Assembly: GCA_001600695.1 (NCBI GenBank)
Contig: BCKQ01000019.1
Coordinates: forward strand, 1,111 to 44,557
From: Ascoidea asiatica JCM 7603
Lineage: Eukaryota > Fungi > Ascomycota
DNA: 43,447 bases
Direction: 5' to 3'
In this document: positions 10,989-22,799 of the stretch, piece after piece
How the letters are laid out: every line of letters begins with the position of its first letter
Numbering within the stretch: position 1 is the stretch's first letter
Position numbers and translations under genes: made by a program
Notes under the pieces: generated by a model
Seen by the model: only the letters and a program-made list of their open reading frames with translations
The model's database searches: none
Told to the model about the DNA's origin: nothing

Positions 10989-12452
10989 ATGAATAATCCT
11001 TTTAAATTCAATTCTACTATTATTCAACTTGATTCTATATCTATTTCTAGAGATTTTTTTGAACATCTTCCCGATCTATATAGAATTTCTTCCATCAAAA
11101 TTCCAAAAATTTTTACTTCTGCTAATTATAAAAAATCTTTCAACTCAACTGACATTAAATTAGATTTTCATCCTGCATTCAAATATTATGATTTTTCTAA
11201 ATTAAATCTTCAATATAACCTCAATTGTACTAATAATTTTTCTTCAATTTTCATTAACAAAGATATAATATTACCTAAAACTTTATCCTTTTCTGTTCAT
11301 GAAGATCTTTCTCTGGAAAATCCATTTCAAGATTTAGGTGTTGCTTTAATTAGATCAAAAGATGTTTCTCCTTTTGATATTCCTCATATTAACGAATCTA
11401 TTCCTGAAATTAATACTACTAACAACGATGAGTCCTCCAAAGATAATCATCATCTTGATGATAATGTTGATATTCATCTCCAAGACTCACCTCGTCTTAA
11501 AGTTACTGACAAATATAATTTAACTGATGATATCCTTACACTCATTGATTTCAATCAAGCTAATTCTTTACTTGCTAGAATGTATGATTCTGAAAGTTCT
11601 TTTAAATTGGACTGCACTGCTACTGGCCACAACAGAATTTTTATAACTCCTGCAAAACTTAATTATTCCCTTCAATTTTATAGAGACTTATTTACTCTTG
11701 ATAAAAATACAAACACCATCAACTTCATTTTTGACCTTCATTTCAACTTCGATGTCTTATTAATCAAAAATTTTATAAAACAAATGAATATTATTTATTC
11801 AAACTTTCAAGCTAATCCTGTATCTAATGCATTTAATGACTTCTATTACTGTGAATTTGCTTGTGATAAATTAGTTGATAATCGAGTTTCTGTCAACCCT
11901 TATGCCAACATTTATACTGCTATCTTATTTGAACATCTAATTTACAAATTAAAGAAACATAATACTTCTAAACATATTTTTGAAAATCTATCTAAAGAAT
12001 ATAAACTTTCTTACAATCCTCCAATTTTGTTTCCAGGTAAAAATGCTTCTATATTTTCTGAAAAAATGTTTGCTCGATTTAAAAAATTACAAGGTTCTCC
12101 TGATCATAAAATTCAGTGTTATGTTCCTTCAAACTCCATTTTACCTGTTCTCCTTAATAAATATGGTAATATTATCAATACTGATGAGTCATATAATAAA
12201 TATAATACCAATACTTCAATGTTCTCTCAAGTGGTTTTATCAGACAATACTTTTATTCCAGCTAATGCTAATCTTAAAAATCACTCTTCTAATTCTAAAC
12301 CTGATAATAAAAATAAACCTTCCTTCACTAAAACTGAGAATTCAAATAAAAATAAGTCCTCTTCTGATTTTACTTCAAATTCTAATTTTTATAAAAGTGC
12401 TGTTAACTTCAATAAAAATAACAAAACTTACTACAGGGTGCGGCCTTACTAA
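10989..12452 (+). CDS. Retrotransposon 487-aa ORF directly upstream of pol, Gag-like by position
   Basis: Uninterrupted ORF with its own ATG and an N/K/S-rich basic C-terminus. It overlaps the pol frame, which is +1 relative to it. No domain recognised. Confidence 0.6.
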   Translation: MNNPFKFNSTIIQLDSISISRDFFEHLPDLYRISSIKIPKIFTSANYKKSFNSTDIKLDFHPAFKYYDFSKLNLQYNLNCTNNFSSIFINKDIILPKTLSFSVHEDLSLENPFQDLGVALIRSKDVSPFDIPHINESIPEINTTNNDESSKDNHHLDDNVDIHLQDSPRLKVTDKYNLTDDILTLIDFNQANSLLARMYDSESSFKLDCTATGHNRIFITPAKLNYSLQFYRDLFTLDKNTNTINFIFDLHFNFDVLLIKNFIKQMNIIYSNFQANPVSNAFNDFYYCEFACDKLVDNRVSVNPYANIYTAILFEHLIYKLKKHNTSKHIFENLSKEYKLSYNPPILFPGKNASIFSEKMFARFKKLQGSPDHKIQCYVPSNSILPVLLNKYGNIINTDESYNKYNTNTSMFSQVVLSDNTFIPANANLKNHSSNSKPDNKNKPSFTKTENSNKNKSSSDFTSNSNFYKSAVNFNKNNKTYYRVRPY

Positions 12453-15400
12453 GATCAATACCTTCAAATCTATTAATTCTATTAAAAAAACTAAACTTAA
12501 CAATCTTGCTTCAAATTCATCAAATTGATTTTCAATACGTTTATATTCAGGTGCTGATCTTAGTGTAACTGGAAATCATTATATATTACATAATTATGTA
12601 TCTTTTAACTCTTCAAATATTAAAACCATTTACAATTATTCTCGTTCTCCTATTCAATTAATTGGAAACGGTGATATCCTTGGATATATTGTAGTTAATA
12701 ATAAAATTATAAAGATGACTTTCTCAAGTGTTTAGTATACACCCGATGGTTGTGATACTGTTATAATTCAGCTTCAACATTGTGATATTATTGGTTTTAA
12801 AAGTGATAAATGTAGCCTTGAGTGTTGGACCTATGATGATAATAATAACAAATTAATCAATGCGAATTGTCAATTAAATAACACCTCAACTAGCTTTTCA
12901 TTAAATTTCTTCAAATCCTAGAATTCTTGCTTAAATAATTTTATTGAAAGTAACACTAATTTCAGAATTAACTTGTTAATAAATAACTTTCAAATCCATC
13001 TTAAATTCAATCATCTTCCTCTTACTAGTATAATAAAACTCATTGATTCTAATGCAATTAATCACAAAAATCTTAAGATTTCTAATAAAGACTTTACTTG
13101 CGAAATCTGTCAAAGAAATAATACTAATGATAAAATTGCTTCTAAATCAAGATTTGTTGCTACCAAACCTAATCAAATTATTCAAGTTGATGCTATCGGT
13201 CCCACATCTCCTATTAGTATCACAGGTTATAAATACATTCTAGTTATTGTTGATAAATTTACAAAGTTTATTTATGCCACACCTATACTCTATAAAGGAG
13301 AATCTGCTATCCATTTAACATTTTTTCTTAACCATCTACAAAACATATTCCTTTATAAAGCTACCTTTTTACTCAGCGATCAAGGTGCAGAATTTGTAAA
13401 TAATTTAATTAATCAAAAATTGTTCTTGGATAGAAGTGATCAAAGATCTACCGTTGGTTATAGAAGTATTCAAAATGGTCTTGCTGAAAGAGCTAATAGA
13501 ACCTTGTTCACTATATGTAGAACCTTACTAGATTCTTCTGGTCTTCGTGGTGAATTCTGGGAATTTGCTATTTTTGCTTCAATGGATAGACATAACAAAC
13601 CTTTACATAATAATAACAAAATTACTCCCCTCGAATTGCAATATAACTATAAACCTTCAATTCACCAACTCTATGAATTTGGTTCATTAATTTTTACAAC
13701 TAAAGTGTCTGTTAGACTCCAAAGTTCTAAAACTTCTAAACAACGTAGAGGCATTTATCTTTGTGAACATAGATCTGAACTAGGTCACCTTTATTTAAAT
13801 CTTGATTTTATGAAAATCATGATTACAGTTGTCATAAATCAAGACAAAAAACAGAGACTATTCAAAGATCTCAACATAACATTAGATTTAAACAAAATTC
13901 AGATAATTCCTCCTGATTCTAAAAGAAATTCAATCCATTCTGTATCTGCCTATCATAATGACTTTCAACGTCCAATTAAAGTTTCTTTCAAAAAATCAGA
14001 TTACTATGAAGCTAAAGGGTATTTTCCTGATTATAAACTTAGAATTTCCAATAACGGGTCTGATAATTCATCTAATAAATTTTTTGATGTTAATTGGAAC
14101 TCTTTACTGAATCCCATTACTTCTGACTTGATTAATAGATCTAATACGTCTCATACTAATAAGATAAATGTTTACCCTTCCTCTTTACCAAAAAACCCCA
14201 CCAAACTTTCTCCTTCAAATCAGGTTACATTCAATTTTCCTACATCTATACAACTTGTCAATAAAAATAAATTTTCTCAAAGAAAAATTCCTTCTTATCA
14301 GTCAATTGAAAATAAAACTAACACCTTCATCTCTGAAATTTCAAAAAACTCAATTGACTCTTCTCCTAAACCTCCTTCTGTTTTTCCTATCTCACCTAGT
14401 TTAATAAACTCACCGTTTAAACATGACTTAAAAGATTCTGATACAAACGTCTCTAATAATAATTCTTTTCCAAAAAATTTGGAGAAAAATAACTCCATAT
14501 CTGAATTGAATAAATTTAATCTTAAGCTATCTAATGAAAACTCTTTAACTACTAATGCAGCTTTTTTATCTAATCAAGTAACATCTTCTGATAAAGTTTC
14601 TATTTTCCCTATTAATAAAAATTTTAAATCGTTAAATACAGATTTTATAAAACCTTCAATTCAAAATGAAAACTCTACTACAACTCCCAGTAAAACTTTT
14701 TCTAATAAAATCTCCAATCATAATGGCTCCATATCTTTTAATCCAGTATTGATTTTTAATAAAAATATTTCTTCAGATGATCTTAATCCAATCCTAAACT
14801 ATAACAATAACTTATTCTCTCAAATCTCTACATTTAATTCTAATAAATCTACTGTTAATTGTTTATTAGACTCTGAGTTATCTCAAAATGACCTTTGTTC
14901 CGTATTCAATAAAAACTACAATAATACTGATAAACGTTTTTCAAATTATACAATCCATTAAGCTATTCCAATCGAGAATGATGGTTCATTCCTAACACCT
15001 GTTTCTGTTGAGGAAGAACTTCTCCATTTATATCAGTCCAATACATTAGATGAAGTATTAATAAATGGAAAATTTTCCTCTGAATCCAAAAACTTTATCA
15101 ATAAGTTGTCTCAAACAGTTCTTCCTTTTGGATCATCTTCTTTTTATGAAATTTTAGATCACAATATTGGAGGCCACTTTATAAGGAACATCAAATACTT
15201 AAATCAGAAACCAGTAAATCCCAAGGTAATTCAAGATTTACCATCCAATATTCAAAAACTTTGGCTTGAAGCTTGTACTCGTGAATTCAATTCCTTCAAT
15301 GAATTCAACGTTTGGGAACTAATTCCAAAACCTATCAATAAAGTTCCAATTTTGAGAGGAAGATGGATATTTAAAATGAAGTATATTCCTGAATTAAATC

Positions 15401-16865
15401 CAAAAGCAAGATGGGTGATTCAAGGTCATCGTCAAAACCTGGAAGAGATTTCGGTGAGACTTATTCACCTGTGTGTCCTAATGAGATTTTTCTCACATTA
15501 ATTACAATATGTGCTCAAAAAACTTCGTTTATTGAAACCGGAGATGTTCCTTCAGCCTTTCTGAGAGGTAAAATTAAAGAAACACTTTATGTTCATCCAC
15601 CTGAAGGGTTTATTAACAAACAAAATCCTAATTATATATACAAAATAACTGGAAGTATTTATGGCCCTTCTGAAGCACCAAAAGAATGGTATCTACAATT
15701 AAAAGATCAGTTAGAATCCAAATTCTACACTCCGGATGAAAAGGTTTCCTGTATATTTTATAAATCTTCTATCTTAGGTCTAATAATAGTTGCTGTCTAT
15801 GTTGACGACATTATCTTTACTGCTTCTTCAATAAAAGCAATGGAAATTACAAAAATTGATTTTAAACAATTATTTAATATCAAATTACTAGGTGAAATAA
15901 AAAATTTTCTTGGACTACAAATTGATTATAACAAAGAAAAGGGTTATATATTCTTAAATCACGAAAAATATTCTCATCAAATAATAGATACTTTCTTAAT
16001 CAATACAAAAAGGATAATATCAATGTACCTTACAATGACTCATTTAAAGCTCTTAAAATCATTCCTGAAAAAGATAAAAATTTTAAAGAAATGAAAAGAT
16101 TTCCTTATGCCCAAATAGTTGGAAGTTTGAGTCACTTATCTACATTTTCTCGACCAGACATAACACAATCTGTTCACATTCTAACCAGACATATGGTCAA
16201 TTATAATGAATCTCATTACAAATGGGCTTTACGTATCCTTAAATATATAAGGAATTCAATCACATTGGGCCTCTACTTTCATAGATCTAATGAAAATAAA
16301 TTACTTACCTTTTCTGATGCCAATTATGCTGCTAGCGCTCAATCTGTTATTGGTACTATTACACTGTTTGTTAATATACCTTTAAACTGGGGTTCTAAAC
16401 TTCAAGCTGTTCCACCTCAATCTTCCTCAGATTCAGCACTGCAAACTCTTGCATATAGCTCTCACAAGACCAGATACCTTGCGTGGTTCATCTCAAGACT
16501 TGATTCCTTCACACATTCAGAGGATACAATTAATAGTTTTAACAAAAAATCAAATTTTAACTCGAGTTTTCAATTACGGATTATAAATAACTTACCCATC
16601 AAAATGTTTCCTACTACTATTTTTGTTGATAATAAAGGTGCTATTTATTGGACAACTGATAGTCGGAAACTTAAAGCTAAATCTCATAGCGAACAAAGGC
16701 TTTTATTAATTTTTGACAGACTATTAAAAGGAACAAAAAATCGAATATGTTCACACTTTAAAGAATATGGCTGATATTTTTACAAAATGTCCCACTAGTG
16801 CAACCTTCGATCATTTAGTTCAATTCATAGTATCTAAACCACCAGTTAGAATTCCTGAAATGTAA
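12442..16865 (+). pseudogene. Decayed Ty1/copia pol of element 2
   Basis: Protease L(Y)SGADLSVTG at 12541 (catalytic D apparently mutated to Y). HLKFNH..CEIC zinc finger; QVDAIGP, SDQGAEF, QNGLAERANRTL; long S/N-rich linker. RT RGRWIFKMK, KARWVIQG, ETYSPV, DVPSAFL, YVDD. RNase H FSDANY, FVDNKGAI, NMADIFTK. Several stops and frameshifts. Confidence 0.95.
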
Positions 16866-17554
16866 TATTCATATGCCTGATGAGACGGGTTTATTGATAG
16901 TTTGCTTCTGGAATTGATACATATTTATTAAAATGCTCTGTGAACATAAGTGCAATTTTCAAGTTCTTACTCAATTATGAAATAATTCTCTTTTGATAAA
17001 TTGCTCAAGGGCTTAAAAAAAATTTGAACTTTAAATAAGATTCATCTGCAAATTAAATTAAATTCATCACTATCAAATTTAACCAACTATAATTGTGTTG
17101 CTGTTAGTGTTCTGAGTTTAACCTTATTTCATGTGGGCTAATTTATGTTGCTCGGGCATAGGTTTTTACCGTCTTTTGCGTTTTTTCTTTGTCTCTAATT
17201 TTTAAAAGAATTCAATGTTTTTGCTTTACGAAGATGCAATTCAATTCAATCTGAATTGTGTTTTTTTGGGCTTCTATTAATTTTAATTTTTCTTGTTTTC
17301 TTTCAATTTTTCTTCCTTTTTTTTATGGCTCGTTTTTTGTTATTTACTGCTAGCGAAGGCTTTTCCATTATTTTATCCTTTGCAGGATTATGTTCAAAAT
17401 AACGCTTACTCCATGGTCTGATCCTTAGTATAATGTGGAGGTGAGTCTCATTGGGTAAGTCACGGCTACTTAATTTGTTGAAAGATCATTCTCCTTGACT
17501 GTCTTCATGCACCAAACGTTTCAGTTTTTATAGGTGAATTATATCAGGCTAACG

Positions 17555-17761
17555 AAGCCTTTGTGGAGATAAACAAGTTTACCTAACTATGTGATTTTTA
17601 TAAAATGTGACATCTGTTAGAAGAGGCACATGATTACCTAAAAGGTGCTCGGTTTATGTTTCAGGTAACTAACTAGGTTGCCAATATGCAAAGTAGACAC
17701 CTGGTCATCTTCTTACCACTTTGATAGTTAGTAACACAAAATATATTTATATTCCCTTATT
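17555..17761 (+). repeat. 3' LTR (U5-like part) of element 2; the LTR may begin as early as ~16892
   Basis: About 85% identical by eye to 7392-7597, e.g. ATGTGACATCTGTTAGAAGAG, TGCTCGGTTTATGTTTCAGGTAACTA, TCATCTTCTTACCACTTT. Confidence 0.9.
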
Positions 17762-18049
17762 AATATAGTGCACCCATTAAAATCTGGCTTGAAATAAAAT
17801 GTAATAATTATTAATCTCGTCTTCTGAAATTAATATTGTTTTTAGATACCGAGCAAGTAGTTTTACTTGGTGTCTCCTAAAACGCGGAATGTGTGCGACT
17901 GAGATTTTCACAAAAATTCCGAACTTTTTGTGGTCTTATTGAATGTTGTAAACTTACCAAGCTTTTGTAAAAATAAAACAAAACAATAACGCATCAGGCT
18001 AAAATGTTCCTGAATAGCATTTAACTCGCCACATACAATTTACTTGCCG

Positions 18050-18660
18050 CACCATCTGTCACATGACTCACTTAAAATGTGCACCCAAAAAGATGGTTTC
18101 GAATATTTTTCAAAGCTACAATTATTTGAAAGGTCACTTGATTTTTATTTGGCTTGAAATAGGCTATCCCCAAGTGTAGTGGGATTTGTTTCAAATGTTC
18201 AAGCACTGAAGTCAGCAAAAGACAGCACCTCCTTTGAAATTTTGATTCTCACAAACAGAATTTTTGGTGGAACACATTTCACGGTTTAGGAGATAAATAA
18301 CTCCTATGCTCACAGGAATAAGCTTTTCTTATATTTGCCGGGGTACTTTCTTAGGCTACTTTTGTTTTTACATAACATGTTACGTAAACTTGGACGACTC
18401 CTGCCGGCTGGATATTGAGACCTGCCCAGTACTTTGAGCTGCGGATGTTTTTTCGCTGTCGGCACCGCCCGATTGTTTCGGGGATGGGAGGAGATGACTG
18501 CTGAGCTGCTGATGAGCCAATAAGAACCCGCGGAGTCTTTATCCGCGCAAAGTTGTTGTGTGAGACCATGACTGTGGGTGTGCTGGTTCAGGCCTGCAGC
18601 TTCTGCATGTGCCTCCTGTGGCGCCGGTGGATCCTGCCAGTGAAAATGGACCTGAAAATG
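18050..18660 (+). promoter_or_regulatory. GC-rich upstream regulatory region of MDH1
   Basis: GC-rich island containing CCAAT (18517-18521, Hap2/3/4/5-type), GTCACATG/TGACTCA (18058-18070), GGTCAC (18132, R-box-like) and several CGG/CCG triplets. Motif matches only. Confidence 0.4.
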
Positions 18661-18925
18661 CCAGTTTTTTAATTGAATGAACTGAATTAAATGCACCTTT
18701 TCACTTAAACTACTGCTTTGCAATTAATATTAAATTTGTTTTTAGATTTATTGAATATAAATTAAAATATAAATATACATAAAAGTAATTGAAAGTTTGA
18801 ATTTTTGTTATCTATTTTTAATCTTATCTTTTTCATTGTGATTTTATTTCTTTCAAATATTTTTTTTTCATAATTTCAATAAATCAATCCCTTACTTAAT
18901 TATATAACACATAATATATTCCAAA

Positions 18926-19948
18926 ATGTTTACCGTTAAAAAACAAGTATTTAGTAATTTAAGACAATTTTCAACTTCTTCTTTGAATTCTTATAAAGTC
19001 ACTGTTTTAGGTGCTAATGGTGGTATTGGTCAACCTTTGTCACTTTTATTAAAATTAAATCATAAAGTTACAGATTTAGCTTTGTATGATTTAAGAGGTG
19101 CACCAGGTGTTGCAGCTGATGTTTCTCATATTCCAACTAATTCAACTGTTAAAGGTTATACTCCAGAAAATGATGGTTTATCAACAGCTTTAAAAGGTTC
19201 TGATGTTGTTGTAATTCCTGCTGGTGTTCCAAGAAAACCAGGAATGACCAGAGATGATTTATTTAATACTAATGCTTCAATTGTTGCTTCTTTAGCTTCT
19301 GCTGTTGCTGATAATGCTCCAAATGCTGCAGTTTTAATTATTTCAAATCCTGTAAATTCAACTGTACCAATTGTTTCTGAAGTTTTAAAATCAAAAGGTG
19401 TTTATAATCCAAAAAAATTATTTGGTGTAACAACTTTAGATGTAATTAGATCTTCAAGATTTATTTCTGAAGTTTCAAATACTGATCCAAATCAAGAAAA
19501 AGTTACTGTTGTTGGTGGTCATTCTGGTATTACTATTGTTCCATTAATTTCAAAAACTGTTCATAAAGATTTACCAAAAGACACAAGAGATGCTTTAATT
19601 CATAGAATTCAATTTGGTGGTGATGAAGTTGTAAAAGCTAAAGATGGTGCAGGTTCTGCAACTTTATCAATGGCAACTGCTGGTGCAAGAATGGCTAATT
19701 CCGTTTTAGCTGGTTTATCTGGTGAAAAAGATGTTATTGAACCAACTTTTATTGATAATCCTTTATATAAATCTGAAGGTGTTGAATTCTTTTCTTCTCC
19801 TGTTACTTTAGGTCCAGAAGGTGTTCATGAAGTTCATGGTTTAGGTACAATTGCTGATTATGAAGAAGAAATGGTTTCTGTTGCTAAAGAAACTTTAAAG
19901 AAAAATATTCAAAAAGGTGTTGATTTCGTTGCTTCTCAAAAAAAATAG
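18926..19948 (+). CDS. MDH1: Mitochondrial malate dehydrogenase
   Basis: Presequence (RQFSTSS), [64 protein letters not shown]. Confidence 0.98.
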   Translation: MFTVKKQVFSNLRQFSTSSLNSYKVTVLGANGGIGQPLSLLLKLNHKVTDLALYDLRGAPGVAADVSHIPTNSTVKGYTPENDGLSTALKGSDVVVIPAGVPRKPGMTRDDLFNTNASIVASLASAVADNAPNAAVLIISNPVNSTVPIVSEVLKSKGVYNPKKLFGVTTLDVIRSSRFISEVSNTDPNQEKVTVVGGHSGITIVPLISKTVHKDLPKDTRDALIHRIQFGGDEVVKAKDGAGSATLSMATAGARMANSVLAGLSGEKDVIEPTFIDNPLYKSEGVEFFSSPVTLGPEGVHEVHGLGTIADYEEEMVSVAKETLKKNIQKGVDFVASQKK

Positions 19949-20404
19949 ATTCAATATTTTGATTAATCATTATTTTTTTGGCAAATTTAACGATAATATG
20001 TATATAAATTAAACTAAATTAAATACATTTTTGTATATTTAATTATTTAATAAATTTCTATTTTATATTCTGGCTTTTCTTTTTACTATTATTTCTTATT
20101 AATTTCTCTTAGTTTGTATCAAATAGTATTAACATTATATTGTTTTTATTCACGTTAATGTTTTTATCTTGTCGGATATTGTCTCCACAAATTTATTTTT
20201 CTCATTAAAATTCAAATATTTTGTAAATCTTTGTTTTCGTTTCAAATTTCAAATTTGACACACATCTCTTATTAACGTTAATATTTTCACTGTATAAATT
20301 AAATAATTTGTTTCTCATTTATATTATTTTTAAATGAATTATATCAAATATAATATTAAAAGAATACATTTGCTTAGAATAAATATATAAGGTAGATAAT
20401 AAAA

Positions 20405-21991
20405 ATGAAATTCTCTTCGTTTATTTTAAATTCCTTAACTATTGTTTCCTTATTTCAAATTACTACTGGTCATGGAGTTCACAAACCAAAACATAAACAT
20501 AGCAGAAAAAGATTAAATTCAACTACATCAAGACTCAATGATATTGTAATAACTAGTGACGATATTATTAATAATAAGCAGTTGGTTTCAAAAGTTCATT
20601 ATGATGATGGTGTTTTAAATATTGATTATATAAATTCAGAATTAGCCAAGTGTAATATAATTAAATCAATCAATGATTATCTTGAATTGAAAGAAGATCA
20701 AGAAGTTGAGAAGCATCATGAGCATTCTCATCATCATCATCATCATGATCATGATTCTGAAGAAGAAGATGATGATGATGATGAAAATAGTAAATTGAAT
20801 AAAGTTTTTGAAAACTTTTTCCCTTTCAAAAATTATCCTGGTTTGAATTCAATTTTAGCAATTGTTTACTTAACTTTACCTCCATGTATAATTCTATTCT
20901 TTTTACCCACAAATATAAATCCAATTTTATTAACATTGCTAGTAAGTTTTGCTTTAGGTGGTTTAATTGGTGATATTTTCATTCATTTGTTACCTCAAAT
21001 TTTCTTAGGAGGTAATTCTTCTGAAGACGATGAAAATATAGAATCTCTGGTTAAATTTGTTTTGGTTGATGATAAAAAAAATACAATTTTAGGCTTTTGT
21101 ATTTTTATTGGTTTTGCTATATTTATGACTATTGATAAAACAATCAGAATCATTCAATTGAGTACTGATGGTCATGTTCATACTCATTCTCATTCAAATT
21201 CGAATTCAACTTCTGACTCATCTGAAGACTCTCATGGTCATAGCCATGGACATAGTCATAGTCATTCTGATCTTATTGATGATTCAAGTGATGAAGAATC
21301 TCATTCAAAAGGCTTCTCATCAGGAATGGAGAAAATTGAAAAAGTTTCATTGGTCAATAGAACTGTTATTTTAAATAAAGCTAATAATGAAAAAATAGAA
21401 GATAATGAGAAAAAATCCATAAAAATTGAAGAATCAAAACCATTGCCAAAGACTTCAGCTTTATTGAATTTGATAACAGATTTTTGTCACAATTTAATTG
21501 ATGGTTTTGCTTTAGCTTCTTCTTTTTATTTAAATAGAACAATTGGTTCAACCACTACTTTAGCTATTTTAATTCATGAAGTTCCTCATGCAATTGGTGA
21601 TTTGGCAATTTTAATTCAAGGTGGTTTCGATAAAATATCGGCTTTAAAATCTCAATTAATTGTGAATTCAGGTTCATTGATTGGTTGTATAGTAGCTATT
21701 TTATTTCAAAACTTATCTTTTTCCAAACAATTGAATATTTTTACAGATGATGTTTCAAAAGAGGTTGTTAATAGTAACTTATCTGGTGGTTTATTTGGTA
21801 CTATATTAAAATACAATGATTTAGTTTTACCTATCACAACTGGTGGTTTTCTTTATATTGCAACAGTTGGAATCACTCCTGAAATATTAGAACTAGATGA
21901 AAGAATCAAAAGTGCTAAGTGTCAGTTACTCATATCCTTTGGACAATTGCTGTTCATAATAATTGGTATTTCAACAATGTTTCTTTTATAG
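20405..21991 (+). CDS. YKE4: ZIP (SLC39, ZIP7/KE4-type) zinc transporter
   Basis: Signal peptide, His-rich tracts, SFALGGLIGDIFIHLLP, DFCHNLIDG, HEVPHAIGDLAILI, GGFLYIA. Confidence 0.88.
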   Translation: MKFSSFILNSLTIVSLFQITTGHGVHKPKHKHSRKRLNSTTSRLNDIVITSDDIINNKQLVSKVHYDDGVLNIDYINSELAKCNIIKSINDYLELKEDQEVEKHHEHSHHHHHHDHDSEEEDDDDDENSKLNKVFENFFPFKNYPGLNSILAIVYLTLPPCIILFFLPTNINPILLTLLVSFALGGLIGDIFIHLLPQIFLGGNSSEDDENIESLVKFVLVDDKKNTILGFCIFIGFAIFMTIDKTIRIIQLSTDGHVHTHSHSNSNSTSDSSEDSHGHSHGHSHSHSDLIDDSSDEESHSKGFSSGMEKIEKVSLVNRTVILNKANNEKIEDNEKKSIKIEESKPLPKTSALLNLITDFCHNLIDGFALASSFYLNRTIGSTTTLAILIHEVPHAIGDLAILIQGGFDKISALKSQLIVNSGSLIGCIVAILFQNLSFSKQLNIFTDDVSKEVVNSNLSGGLFGTILKYNDLVLPITTGGFLYIATVGITPEILELDERIKSAKCQLLISFGQLLFIIIGISTMFLL

Positions 21992-22799
21992 TTGTATATA
22001 CTGGATATATACATATTGTAATTATATAATAATACTCGAATATATAAAAATATATATATGAATCAATTGCTCAATAGTTTTTAGTGGAATTTCAATTTAA
22101 TCATTTGTGTAAAAATAGAATTATAATTAAAAAAAAAAGGTGTGAAAGACCAAATAAACGAAACCTCCAAAAGCATGGTTATGCTTAAGCAGTTGAGTCT
22201 TGAACTGTATTCTCTTAAGGGTCCTTTCTTTTCAGTCAGCCTTGTTTTTGTTGTTGTTAAAAGTTTTTTAAAGGTGTTTTTGATTTTTTTTTTCATTTGG
22301 CCTATTACTTACTATCGAAAGAAGAAGGAGAATGAAGGCAGCTTCGAATATTTCTAACTTAATGGTTTATCAATCGATACGAGCCTAGCTTAATCATTAT
22401 TCTGTGTGGTTTTAATATAAGTATTTGGAATATTAGAAAATTGAATTATTTCCTGCCTGAGGACTTTGAAGCTCAATTTCATGAAAGAATATTCATTTAG
22501 TTATCTAATATCTTTCAGATTTGGATTACTTAAACTCGTAATGTTGTAATATTGGCATGAATGTAAATTAATATGAAGGCTTTATTTTGGAATTCAATTA
22601 TAGATAGCAGTTTCTTTTGATTTTATGAAATATCTTTGATTTACTAAAACATAAATATTCAATCCGATTACTATTTGATCCTTGATTTTTATATTTATAT
22701 ATACCAAAGTATCTAAAAGGTTTTTGCTTTTGATTTTTTGAGTAAGTTAACCTGAAAATAACCATGATAATTTAGCTTAAACTAAAAGTTATAAAAAAA

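Larger units (their letters stand above)
6968..17761 (+). mobile_element. Large (~10.8 kb) decayed Ty1/copia LTR retrotransposon, element 2
   Basis: Direct terminal repeats (7392-7597 / 17555-17761), PBS-like site, CCHC zinc knuckle, and PR, HHCC+DDE integrase, RT and RNase H in copia order. Confidence 0.9.

Noticed and set aside
11980-12440. Hydrophobic 182-aa ORF as an env-like gene
   Set aside because: It is a shadow frame of the T-ending-codon-rich 487-aa ORF; only its last ~29 codons belong to the pol frame.
16850-16915. Hammerhead ribozyme around CTGATGAG
   Set aside because: Stems I and II could not be built with a correctly placed GAAA.
18310-18723. 137-aa and 72-aa minus-strand ORFs
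   Set aside because: They fall in a GC-rich promoter island where stops are rare, with atypical codon usage and no motifs.
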